NCBI GenBank assembly: GCA_016201695.1
Contig: JACQCK010000044.1
Coordinates: 27-64,026 of the forward strand
Source of the DNA: Candidatus Roizmanbacteria bacterium
Lineage (GTDB): Bacteria > Patescibacteriota > Microgenomatia > UBA1406 > GWC2-37-13
Length of the DNA: 64,000 nucleotides
Direction of reading: 5' to 3'
Part shown: positions 55,733 through 64,000 of the stretch, piece by piece
Numbering within the stretch: the stretch's first letter is position 1
Layout: each line of letters begins with the position of its first letter
Program-made: the position numbers and the translations under genes
The notes under the pieces: model-generated
Seen by the model: the letters and a program-made list of their open reading frames with translations, nothing else
The model's database searches: none
What the model was told of the DNA's origin: nothing

Positions 55733-57076
55733 TCAGGTTTTAATCTTTAACATATTGTTAATTTCCCGCTCATCAAAACCAACTAACTTCTTATCTTTTA
55801 CTACTATTTTTCCATTCACAATCACTGTATCCGCCCGGGTGGCCTGACAACTCAAAAGAGCTGTCAGCGGGTCATTGGCTCCGGTATATTCTACCGTATT
55901 TAAATTAAATATTGCAATATCGGCGGCTTTACCTACCTCCAACGAACCGATTCCGTTTTCCCAATTCAATAATTTGGCGCCATTAACCGTCCCCATTGCC
56001 AATACAACAGCGGGGTCAAGATAGGTTGATTCCTTGCGCGCTCCCTGCATTATTCTTGTCCAGCGTAATTCCTCAAGCATATTTGAAGAATCGTTTCCGG
56101 CGCTTCCGTCGACCCCGACGGCGACGGTTACCCGGTTTTTAATCATCGCCCAAACCGGCGCGATTCCCGTTTCTCCGACCGGCGCGCGCGCATTGGAAAC
56201 AGGGCAGTGAACTATTGGTGTTTTGGTCGCTGCCAACCGCTCAATTTCCTCCCGATTTAAGTTTATACCGTGGGCAAAACTGGCTCTTTCTCCGACCCAA
56301 CCCAAATCATTTAGAAAACGAAGCGGTCTTTTTTTGTTTTTTTTTAAAGAATATTCGTTTTCAAATTCCGACTCGCTCAAATGAGTCTGCATATTAACGT
56401 TATATTTTCGGGATAAATAAGCGGCCAGTTTGAAATCTTCCGCGGAACTGGTAAAAATGGTACACGGCGCGATACCGATCCGCAACAGAGAAAAAGGCGA
56501 GGCGTCGTGATATTTTCGGATGAGCGACTCGGTTTCGCTGCCGATCTCTTCACTCGTTTCGACGATCTCGTCCGGGAATAGGGAACCGTTCCTTTTACCA
56601 ACGCTTATGCTGCCGCGATAAAGGTGGAGCCGGATGCCGATATCCGCGGCCGCTTTTATGAGCGCCGGCAAAAAAAGGGTATTCTTGGGAAATAAATAAG
56701 GCATATCAGCAGTAGTGGTACAACCGTACAGTAGGAGCTCCGCCATATTCGCCAAGGCGGAATAATAGATTTCGCGGTCGGACATTTTTGCCGCCTTACG
56801 ACAGACGACATTGATCCAACGGTCGATCATCTGATTTTGAAGTTGACGATCGCCCCGCAGTTGACACTGAAACATATGATGATGACAGTTGATTAGCCCC
56901 GGAATTACCATCATTCCCCGGGCGTTTACAGTCGTATCCGCCCTTTTTTCCTTTTTTCCGATGTAAACAATTTTATTTCCTTTAAGGTAAAGGGAGTGAT
57001 TTTTGAGAATTTGACTTTTGGCATTCATGGTAACCACAAAGCCGGCATTTTTTATCAGAATCGACTTGTCTTTCAT
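55733..57076 (-). CDS. Amidohydrolase-superfamily nucleobase/nucleoside deaminase-like enzyme (COG0402 type)
   Basis: PGLINCHHHMFQ metal-binding motif, THLSES, and a C-terminal beta-sandwich. Confidence 0.7.
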   Translation of the reverse strand: MKDKSILIKNAGFVVTMNAKSQILKNHSLYLKGNKIVYIGKKEKRADTTVNARGMMVIPGLINCHHHMFQCQLRGDRQLQNQMIDRWINVVCRKAAKMSDREIYYSALANMAELLLYGCTTTADMPYLFPKNTLFLPALIKAAADIGIRLHLYRGSISVGKRNGSLFPDEIVETSEEIGSETESLIRKYHDASPFSLLRIGIAPCTIFTSSAEDFKLAAYLSRKYNVNMQTHLSESEFENEYSLKKNKKRPLRFLNDLGWVGERASFAHGINLNREEIERLAATKTPIVHCPVSNARAPVGETGIAPVWAMIKNRVTVAVGVDGSAGNDSSNMLEELRWTRIMQGARKESTYLDPAVVLAMGTVNGAKLLNWENGIGSLEVGKAADIAIFNLNTVEYTGANDPLTALLSCQATRADTVIVNGKIVVKDKKLVGFDEREINNMLKIKT

Positions 57077-57882
57077 TGATGTTTGGTTTTCAGTATCTGT
57101 AACAGACAGTGGATGCCGCCGCCGGCTTTTATAAACTCACTGACGTCAAGTTCGATTGGCCGATAGTCTAACTTTCTTAATCTGTCCGCAAAAATCTGAT
57201 TCCCTTTCGGGATTAAAACATGGTGGTCGGTGACGACGCTATTGGCGGCGAAACCGTATGCTTCCGGTTTTGTCAGGATATATAAATGCGGAATCAATTT
57301 CCGTAAAACCTGAATTGATTCTTTTGCCAGTGCTTCAGGATAATAGAAAGCGGTCTCGTCGTTTAACGCAAACAAACAGGTGTCGAGGTGAAAAAAATTC
57401 TTATCAATCAGCCTTAATTCGTATATCCTTTTGAGCTTTTTTGATAGGAATCCGACCGCATGTCTATCGCTTCGCAAGCCGGTCCCGACGAACACGTTAC
57501 CTGCGCACTCAACGACGTCTCCCCCTTCAAAAAAGCAATTTTCCGGCAAACGAACGAGCGTGTAGTTATTTTTTTCAAACCACCCGGCGTATGACCTTTG
57601 CTCGTCGCTTCGCTCGACAAAACGGAAGTTGCCAAGATAAACAGACTCTCCATTGACCCAACCGGCATCGGCGGCAAAAACCATATCCGGCAGGTCGCGC
57701 CGCTGGTGAATGCTTACCACCTCAACCTGAAGCTGCCGCAAAGCATTAATTAGATTCCGCCACTGCTTTCCGGCGAGCGCCTGATCCACTGTCCCGGGCT
57801 GCATCCAAGGGTTGATTTGATAACTCACCTGGAAGTGTCTCGGTTCGCAGGCGAGAACTTTTTTGAGAATCCGTGCCTTCAT
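57073..57882 (-). CDS. GME-superfamily amidinotransferase/hydrolase-like enzyme
   Basis: FQVSYQINPWM N-terminus and a C-terminal KAGGGIHCLLQIL catalytic Cys. 4-nt ATGA overlap with the amidohydrolase gene. Confidence 0.6.
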   Translation of the reverse strand: MKARILKKVLACEPRHFQVSYQINPWMQPGTVDQALAGKQWRNLINALRQLQVEVVSIHQRRDLPDMVFAADAGWVNGESVYLGNFRFVERSDEQRSYAGWFEKNNYTLVRLPENCFFEGGDVVECAGNVFVGTGLRSDRHAVGFLSKKLKRIYELRLIDKNFFHLDTCLFALNDETAFYYPEALAKESIQVLRKLIPHLYILTKPEAYGFAANSVVTDHHVLIPKGNQIFADRLRKLDYRPIELDVSEFIKAGGGIHCLLQILKTKHQ

Positions 57883-57883
57883 T

Positions 57884-59503
57884 TTAAACTTTGGCAGTAG
57901 TCAGTTTATTAACGGTGTCTTCGGCGACGCTGACGGTCGTGATTAACGGAACATTAAAGTGAACCGCCATCTTACGGATGATCTGTCCGTCCGTACTTTC
58001 TTTTTGGTTGATCTGCCGGCCGGTCGGAATGTTGATGATCAGATCAAAGCGGTTTTGTCCTAAAAGATGAGCTAAATTCGGTTTTTTATGCGGCTGCGAA
58101 ATTTTGTGGACCAAGATATTCTCAATACCGACTGACCTTAAAAATTTGTGAGTTTTGTACGTGGCGTACAGCTTGTATTTCAGAGCATGAAGTTTTTTAA
58201 TTTCGGCAAGCAGTTTCATTTTATTCTTTCTTTTCCCAATCGAAAGCAGTATTGTTTTTTCCGAACGTTGGGCAAGTCGCATCTGCAAAGTATAAAGTTC
58301 GATAAACCCCGGTGAGGCGTTTTGGTTAAAAGCGGTTGAGGTCATAAAAGTGGCTAATTTTTCCTCAAAAATAGTATTTGGTGTTTCGACGGCCACCGGC
58401 TCAACCCACCCCTTATACAAACGGAGGCTGACTCTACCCGTTGCTTTCTGATTGACCCGGTCGATATAGGCATTGAGGTCGTCCATCAGAGGCTCATACC
58501 ACAAACCGCTGTAACAGACATAGGCCCACTTCGTGTCAACAAACGATTTGAATTCGTTTTCCAGTCTCGTTGAAACATATTTTTCTAAATCGCGGTGGGC
58601 GCGGATAATAATTTCCGCCGCCGGCGCCTCATACACTCCTCGTACTTTGAGACCGACCACGCGATCCTCCAAGTGATGAGTGATGCCAACGGCGTGTTTT
58701 GCCCCCAATTTATTAAGAAAAAGAATCGTCTCCGCCAAAGCCATCTGTTTACCGTTGACCGAAACCGGCAGCCCTTTGACAAACTCCATTTCAATTATCT
58801 CTGCCCTGTCCGGCGCACTCTGCGGCAGGTTACAAATTTGCAGGATTTTCTCAAGCGGCGGAATGAGCGCCGGATTTTCAATCTCACCGCTTTCGCTGGT
58901 CACGCCCCACATATTGTCGTCATAGGAATAAGGTTTGTCGATTGTTTGCTTGACCGGAATGTTATGTTTTTTGGCGTAAGCTATTTCTTCATCCCGTCCC
59001 ATTGACCACTCCCGAACCGGGGCAATGATTTTGATGTCGGGATTAAGCGCCAAAGCCACGCCTTCAATCCGCAGTTGATCGTTGCCTTTTCCGGTGCATC
59101 CGTGAGCGATACAGTCGGCGTCTTCCTGTTGGGCGACTTTTACCGCCCATTTGGCGAGAAGCGGCCGCCCCAACGGCGTCGACAGATGGTAATTACCCTG
59201 ATATGAAGCATTGGCCCGAATTCCCTTGGCGATATATTCATCGGCAAACTCGTCTTTGGCATCGATCACGAGCGCTTTAATTGCGCCAAGCTTGAGTGCT
59301 TTTTTCCTCACCTCTTCAAGATCGTCCGCCTGTTGACCGATATCAATCGTTAGCGCAATTACTTCGGCCTTATACTCATCCTGTATCCATTTAATCATTA
59401 CTGAAGTATCCAAACCGCCCGAATACAGGAGCACTATTTTTTTTACCTCGCCTTTTTTGCCTTCGTAAGAACCTATTTTGAAATATTCATGATTTTTTTG
59501 CAT
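57884..59503 (-). CDS. argG: Argininosuccinate synthase fused to a C-terminal MGS-like (CarB allosteric-type) domain
   Basis: The first ~410 aa carry full ArgG motifs (LLYSGGLDTSV, AHGCTGKGNDQLR). The last 126 aa (57887..58264), TILLSIG..KLYATYKTHKFL..GI...V.K....PN.....DLIINIPTG......DG.IIRKMAV.FNVPLITT, follow the CarB C-terminal domain pattern. Confidence 0.8.
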   Translation of the reverse strand: MQKNHEYFKIGSYEGKKGEVKKIVLLYSGGLDTSVMIKWIQDEYKAEVIALTIDIGQQADDLEEVRKKALKLGAIKALVIDAKDEFADEYIAKGIRANASYQGNYHLSTPLGRPLLAKWAVKVAQQEDADCIAHGCTGKGNDQLRIEGVALALNPDIKIIAPVREWSMGRDEEIAYAKKHNIPVKQTIDKPYSYDDNMWGVTSESGEIENPALIPPLEKILQICNLPQSAPDRAEIIEMEFVKGLPVSVNGKQMALAETILFLNKLGAKHAVGITHHLEDRVVGLKVRGVYEAPAAEIIIRAHRDLEKYVSTRLENEFKSFVDTKWAYVCYSGLWYEPLMDDLNAYIDRVNQKATGRVSLRLYKGWVEPVAVETPNTIFEEKLATFMTSTAFNQNASPGFIELYTLQMRLAQRSEKTILLSIGKRKNKMKLLAEIKKLHALKYKLYATYKTHKFLRSVGIENILVHKISQPHKKPNLAHLLGQNRFDLIINIPTGRQINQKESTDGQIIRKMAVHFNVPLITTVSVAEDTVNKLTTAKV

Positions 59504-59607
59504 TTTTTTTCAAGAAAGCGCTAATTTGGCGAAGAAAACCATCAATTTTTCCAAAAAACCGACAATTTTCAAGAAAATACTACTAACTGCCCAACCGTTT
59601 GTCAAGC

Positions 59608-59621
59608 GCATTTGCAAATGC
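59608..59621. promoter_or_regulatory. Perfect 14-bp palindrome GCATTTGCAAATGC overlapping a -35-like TTGCAA of a pyrG promoter
   Basis: Palindrome read directly. TTGCAA (59612..59617)-N17-TAAAAT (59635..59640). Confidence 0.5.
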
Positions 59622-59659
59622 ACCTCACTATCGGTAAAATACTTAGATAAAATAGCAGA

Positions 59660-61309
59660 ATGGCGAACTTAAAGTATATTTTTATTTCGGGTGGCGTAAT
59701 TTCCGGTATCGGAAAAGGGATTACCTCCGCTTCGATTAGTCTTCTTTTGAAGTCCGGCGGCTACACCGTTGCCCCGATCAAGTTTGAAGGATATCTCAAC
59801 ATCGACGCCGGAACCATCAATCCCATTGAGCACGGCGATCCGTTTTTGTGTGAAGACGGCACCGAGGCCGATATGGACATCGGCAGTTATGAAAAATTCC
59901 TAAACGAGGATATGGGCCGCGATAATTTTGTTACCATGGGCCAAATCTATCAGCGCATTATTGAACGCGAGCGCCGGTTCGAATACAACGGTGAAGACGT
60001 CGAAGCCATCCATATCACCGATGAAATCATCGACCGTATCAATAAGCTGGCGCGCAAAAGCCAGGCTAATATTGTTGTCGTTGAACTCGGCGGCACCGCC
60101 GGCGAGTACTGGAATGTATTTTATTATGAGGCGGCGCGGATGCTCGCCCTGAAAAACCCCGGCGACGTCATCCATGTCCACGTGAGTTATGTGCCTAATC
60201 CCCCACATCTTGGCGAACCAAAAACCAAACCGACGCAACTGTCGGTACGGACGCTCAACTCGATGGGTATCCAACCCGACTTCATCGTCGCCCGTTCGGA
60301 GCTCGTACTTGACCAGCGAAGAAAAGACCGCTTTGCTCTTTTTTGCAATATGCACCCCGAAGATATTATCTCCAATCCCGACCTGCCGTCTATCTACGAA
60401 ATACCACTGGTGCTTCATAAACAGGGATTAGACGGCCGAATTTTAAAAAAACTTCGTCTGCCTCCGTCTAAGAAAATCGACCTGACCGGTTGGGAAAAAT
60501 TAGTAGCAAAAATTAAAGCCAAAAAAAGCCGGACGGTTGAGATTGCCATCGTTGGCAAGTACTTCGGGACCGGTGAATATCAACTTCGCGACTCATACGC
60601 CGCCTTATTCGACGCCATCGATCACGCCGCAACCTATCATAACATTGCTGTAAAGACCCGCTGGATTGACGCCGAAAAAGTCGAAAGATACGGCCCCAAC
60701 ATTATCGCCAAACCCGACGGTATAATCGTGCCGATCGGTTGGGGCGAACGGGGCGCCGAGGGAATGATTAATACCGCCAACTATGCCCGCATTGCTAAGA
60801 TTCCCTATTTAGGATTATGTTACGGCATGCAACTGGCCGTCGTTGCTTTTGCCAGAAATGCACTCGGTTGGCCAGACGCCAATACCGAAGAAAATGACAA
60901 AAAAACCAAACACAACGTCATCCACCTTATGCCGGCGCAGAGCGCGATTATGAAGCGAAGAGCCTATGGCGGGACCATGCGGCTAGGTCACTGGGACGCT
61001 ATCGTCAAAAAGGGAACTCTGGCCGGCTCGCTTTACGATACTTACAACGGTTATTTGAATAAAAAAAGCGGACTCACTTCCGAACGACACCGCCATCGGT
61101 ACGAATTTAACGATGAGTTTGTCCGCGAATTTGAAAAAAACGGCTTGATAATAAGCGCTCGATCCTCCATCGAACGTCTCGCTGAAATCATCGAACTGTC
61201 GCCTTCACTTCATCCGTTCTATCTTGGCACACAAGGTCATCCCGAGTACAAAAGCCGGCCGTTACGACCGCACCCGATATTTTTAGGTTTCTTAAAAGCC
61301 TGTACATGA
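59660..61309 (+). CDS. pyrG: CTP synthase
   Basis: KYIFISGGVISGIGKGI N-terminus and the GATase GLCYGMQ. Confidence 0.95.
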   Translation: MANLKYIFISGGVISGIGKGITSASISLLLKSGGYTVAPIKFEGYLNIDAGTINPIEHGDPFLCEDGTEADMDIGSYEKFLNEDMGRDNFVTMGQIYQRIIERERRFEYNGEDVEAIHITDEIIDRINKLARKSQANIVVVELGGTAGEYWNVFYYEAARMLALKNPGDVIHVHVSYVPNPPHLGEPKTKPTQLSVRTLNSMGIQPDFIVARSELVLDQRRKDRFALFCNMHPEDIISNPDLPSIYEIPLVLHKQGLDGRILKKLRLPPSKKIDLTGWEKLVAKIKAKKSRTVEIAIVGKYFGTGEYQLRDSYAALFDAIDHAATYHNIAVKTRWIDAEKVERYGPNIIAKPDGIIVPIGWGERGAEGMINTANYARIAKIPYLGLCYGMQLAVVAFARNALGWPDANTEENDKKTKHNVIHLMPAQSAIMKRRAYGGTMRLGHWDAIVKKGTLAGSLYDTYNGYLNKKSGLTSERHRHRYEFNDEFVREFEKNGLIISARSSIERLAEIIELSPSLHPFYLGTQGHPEYKSRPLRPHPIFLGFLKACT

Positions 61310-61923
61310 AAACGCTTGTCATCGCCACCAAAAACTCCGCGAAGTTCACCGAAATCTCGCGGGCGATAAACCGGCTCGAAAGGGACAAAGTCCGTCTTCT
61401 TTCTCTCAACGACTTCCCAAGGGTGGAAGAACCGGTCGAAACCGGCAAAACGTTTAAGGACAATGCTTTTCTTAAGGCCAAACATTACGCCGAACTGACC
61501 GGTGCCCCCTGTCTCTCCGACGACGCCGGTTTAAGTATCGACATTCTTAACGGTGAACCCGGAGTCAGGTCGCGACGCTGGCCAGGGCACGAGGCAAGCG
61601 ATCAAGAGCTTATCGACTTTACCCTACAAAAATTAAAAGGCGTACCGCGGAAAAAACGCTCGGCCAAACTCCAACTTTGCCTCTGTTTCTACGACCCGCA
61701 AACGAAAATTGCTTTGTTTGAAGAGGCGGCAACCGGCGGTTATATTGCCGAAAAGCCGCTGTCTAACTTTACCCCCGGCTACCCATTCCGCGCCGTTTTC
61801 ATCGTTGACCGGTTTCACAAGTACTATCAACGCCTAACTCCAGAAGAGCATGAACTCGTCAACCACCGTTTCCTGGCGGCGACAAAATTGGCCAAAAAAA
61901 TCATTCCGCTTTTGCTAGAATAA
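61306..61923 (+). CDS. rdgB: Non-canonical purine NTP pyrophosphatase (RdgB/HAM1 family)
   Basis: IATKNSAKF...ETGKTFKDNA...DDAGL; 4-nt overlap with pyrG. Confidence 0.8.
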   Translation: MKTLVIATKNSAKFTEISRAINRLERDKVRLLSLNDFPRVEEPVETGKTFKDNAFLKAKHYAELTGAPCLSDDAGLSIDILNGEPGVRSRRWPGHEASDQELIDFTLQKLKGVPRKKRSAKLQLCLCFYDPQTKIALFEEAATGGYIAEKPLSNFTPGYPFRAVFIVDRFHKYYQRLTPEEHELVNHRFLAATKLAKKIIPLLLE

Positions 61924-61972
61924 GATATTATTTCCTGGCACCTGATTTTGCCAGCGACATAATTAATTTCTT

Positions 61973-63223
61973 ATGCTTTCAGTTGATTACATCAGAAAAA
62001 ATCCGCAAAAAGTCAAGGACGCCGCCCGTAACAAAAATCGACAGGTCGACATTGACCTTATTCTCAAACTCGATGAGCAGCGAAGAAACGTAATCCAGGA
62101 AATACAGACTCTTCGCGAACAAAGAAACGCGAGCTCGCACCAAAAACCGGACCAGGAAACTATACAAAAAAATAAAAAGCTTAAAGAAACTCTTAAACAA
62201 GCTGAACAAAAATTACGGGCCATTGAATCAGAGCTCAACACCCTCCTCCTTTTCGTTCCGAATATTCCCCTGGCAGAAGTCCCGATCGGAAAAGACGCAA
62301 GCCAAAACAAGGTCGTCAGAACAGTCGGCACAATTCCACAGTTCAACTTTACTCCCCGCTCCCATCTTGAAATCGGAGAGGCGCTTGATCTTTTGGATCT
62401 TGAACGAGGGACGAAGGTGGCCGGTTTTCGGGGTTATTTTCTTAAAAATCAACTCGCGGTCCTGCACCTCGCGCTGCTTTTTTATTCCTTTCAAAAGCTG
62501 GTCAAAAAAGGCTATACCCCTTTGGTGGCGCCGGCCATAGTCAAGAACTTCGCCCTGGTTGGCTCGGCACATTTTCCCTGGGGTAAGGAACAGGACGTCT
62601 ATAAACTAAACGAAGAAGATGCTTATCTGGCGGCGACGGCCGAGGTGGCGACGACCGCTTATTATGCTGGCGAAACGCTCGCCCAAAAACAACTGCCAAA
62701 AAAATTTGTCGCTATCTCCCCATGTTTCCGTCGTGAAGCCGGCGCCTACGGAAAAGATACCAAAGGTCTCTACCGCGTCCATGAGTTTTTGAAAACCGAG
62801 CAGGTTATTTTAAGCGAAAACAATATTGATAAAGCGCGGGAGATCCACGAAGAACTGCAAACAAACGCAGAAGAAATCCTCAAGGACCTGCGGCTTCCTT
62901 ACCGGGTACTTCTCATGTGTACGGGTGACATGGGCGAACCGCAACTGAAGAAATACGATACCGAAACCTGGATGCCTTCGCGAAAAAACTACGGCGAAAC
63001 TATGTCGAACTCTATTATGGGAGATTTCCAAACCCGAAGACTGAATATAAAATACAAAACACCCGAAGGAAAAAGCGAATACTGCTTTTCTTATAATAAT
63101 ACCGCTCTGGCCTCACCCCGTATCCTGATCGCCATTCTTGAAAATTACCAACAGGAAAACGGCAGTGTCAAGGTTCCGACTGTTTTGCAGTCTCTGGCCG
63201 GATTCTCGGAAATAAAAAAATGA
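61973..63223 (+). CDS. serS: Serine--tRNA ligase
   Basis: N-terminal coiled coil and class II motifs (FRRE, GTALA-type ending). Confidence 0.95.
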   Translation: MLSVDYIRKNPQKVKDAARNKNRQVDIDLILKLDEQRRNVIQEIQTLREQRNASSHQKPDQETIQKNKKLKETLKQAEQKLRAIESELNTLLLFVPNIPLAEVPIGKDASQNKVVRTVGTIPQFNFTPRSHLEIGEALDLLDLERGTKVAGFRGYFLKNQLAVLHLALLFYSFQKLVKKGYTPLVAPAIVKNFALVGSAHFPWGKEQDVYKLNEEDAYLAATAEVATTAYYAGETLAQKQLPKKFVAISPCFRREAGAYGKDTKGLYRVHEFLKTEQVILSENNIDKAREIHEELQTNAEEILKDLRLPYRVLLMCTGDMGEPQLKKYDTETWMPSRKNYGETMSNSIMGDFQTRRLNIKYKTPEGKSEYCFSYNNTALASPRILIAILENYQQENGSVKVPTVLQSLAGFSEIKK

Positions 63224-64000
63224 TTAATAGCCGGGCGGCGCTGGGGTCTCGGTTGGCGCCTGACAGGAAACCGAGTTCTCGGTTCCTTTGATAAAATATT
63301 CGGTCCGGCCAAAATAGCATTTTTTCTCAACCACGTTTTCCGGTTTTTCAAACCGCGCCTTTCCCCCGCTATAATTTTTAAGTACATACGCCATCACCCG
63401 ATTCCAAATAGGAGCAGCACCGGTAATGCCGGAGGTAAGATAAGGATTCATCGGCGTACCATCATTATTGCCAACCCAGACGGCGGTCAGGAAGTTTGGT
63501 GTATAACCGATGGTCCAGTTGTCTTTTTTATTATAGCCCGGGATCTCAAGCGATGAATTTGTACCAAAAGCCCATCCGCGAGCGACGTTATCGGCTAAAA
63601 TATCGGAAATAATATAAGCGATCCCGTCATTTAGTACTTTGGTACGCGACGGTCGGGCGGTGAAAATCGAGTCACCGACTTGATTTTCAATTTTTATGCT
63701 ACCGGTCAATTCCTGACGGAAACCCTGATTGACAAATACCGAAAAAGCAGTTGCCATATCGACCATAGTCACCTCGCCCCCGCCCAAAGTCAGCGATAGT
63801 CCAAAACGCGACGAATCGTTCCAGGTGCTGATACCCATTTTTTGCGCATGGACGACAAAGTTGCCAACGCCAACCGTACTTAATACTTTTACCGCGGGAA
63901 TGTTATATGAATTGGCCAGCGCATACCGAAGAGGAATTTTCCCGTGAAACCGGCCGTCATAGTTAACCGGTCTATACGACTCGCCGCCAGCCGAGGCAAA
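63224..64000 (-). CDS. Class A penicillin-binding protein, C-terminal part; 5' end lies outside the window
   Basis: The frame is open to the window edge. ...NWTIGYTPNFLTAVWVGNNDGTPMNPYLTSGITGAAPIWNRVMAY... Confidence 0.75.
   Translation of the reverse strand, partial: FASAGGESYRPVNYDGRFHGKIPLRYALANSYNIPAVKVLSTVGVGNFVVHAQKMGISTWNDSSRFGLSLTLGGGEVTMVDMATAFSVFVNQGFRQELTGSIKIENQVGDSIFTARPSRTKVLNDGIAYIISDILADNVARGWAFGTNSSLEIPGYNKKDNWTIGYTPNFLTAVWVGNNDGTPMNPYLTSGITGAAPIWNRVMAYVLKNYSGGKARFEKPENVVEKKCYFGRTEYFIKGTENSVSCQAPTETPAPPGY
63392..63506 (-). repeat. Arm B of the exact 115-nt inverted repeat (partner 1..115)
   Basis: See arm A. Confidence 0.95.

Noticed and set aside
61936-61952. Sigma54-like TGGCAC-N-TTGC motif upstream of serS.
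   Set aside because: The GG-to-GC spacing is 11 nt rather than 10. The same bases also fit a sigma70-type CTGGCA-N17-CATAAT-N9-ATG arrangement, like the other promoters here.
1-64000. Alternative genetic code (stop-codon reassignment) as the explanation for the in-frame TAA and TAG codons in argH, guaA and lysK.
   Set aside because: TAA, TAG and TGA all terminate many normal-length, well-conserved genes in this window, for example TGA for argG and argH, TAA for the RmlC-like gene and guaA, and TAG for alaS and the PBP. Global recoding is therefore not supported.
1-64000. CRISPR arrays, DGR template/variable repeats, transposases, integrases, prophage genes, toxin-antitoxin pairs and restriction-modification genes.
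   Set aside because: I recognised no regularly spaced repeats, no reverse transcriptase, and no recombinase or transposase motifs in any of the six frames. The only repeats seen are those listed as features.

Overview
This 64-kb chromosomal segment comes from a small-genome bacterium that rarely uses Shine-Dalgarno sites. From gene content alone it looks most like Candidate Phyla Radiation/Patescibacteria. That call rests on a class I LysRS, short AlaRS and SufD, a TsaC-TsaE fusion, a stand-alone 5'-3' exonuclease, a ferredoxin-linked 2-oxoacid oxidoreductase, and many envelope glycosyltransferases. I count about 60 protein genes and 2 tRNAs. I found no rRNA, CRISPR array, transposase, integrase or reverse transcriptase.

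Layout:
- 1-424: end of a PBP gene.
- 421-3873 (-): DDAH-like / argG / argH module. argG is frameshifted and argH carries an in-frame TAA.
- 4066-16568 (+): envelope glycan locus with an RmlC-like cupin, GT-C membrane proteins, GT2 and GT4 enzymes, a Wzy/O-antigen-ligase-like protein and a FemAB-like protein, plus tRNA-Met.
- 16560-28830 (-): lon, 2-oxoacid:ferredoxin oxidoreductase, ferredoxin, SUF operon with an Rrf2 regulator, tsaD, tsaC-tsaE.
- 28861-33472 (+): ftsH, 5'-3' exonuclease, glmS.
- 33500-37930 (-): five poorly characterised genes, partly low in GC.
- 38011-42831 (-): secA, two exported proteins, nnrD.
- 42848-51008 (+): alaS, a DsbA-like protein, PNP, tRNA-Glu (-), greA, lysK (in-frame TAG), a purine PRTase, and guaA (two frameshifts plus an in-frame TAA).
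- 51011-59503 (-): the most interesting region, described below.
- 59660-63223 (+): pyrG, rdgB, serS.
- 63224-64000 (-): a second PBP gene.

The region at 51011-59503 is a tightly packed 8-gene minus-strand cluster. It encodes an ArgG fused to a CarB-type MGS allosteric domain, a guanidino-modifying-superfamily hydrolase, and a COG0402-type amidohydrolase. It also encodes a divergent radical-SAM-like protein, three PRTase-fold proteins with degenerate PRPP loops, and an orphan protein. I cannot assign it to any described pathway.

Other recurring signals:
- Consensus sigma70 promoters sit 5-10 nt from ATG start codons, which implies leaderless mRNAs.
- Hairpin plus U-tract elements lie close upstream of three start codons: abutting greA, 2 nt from the 235-aa PRTase-like gene, and 23 nt from argH.
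- An exact 115-nt inverted repeat links the two PBP genes at the window ends.
- Gene lesions cluster in two loci.
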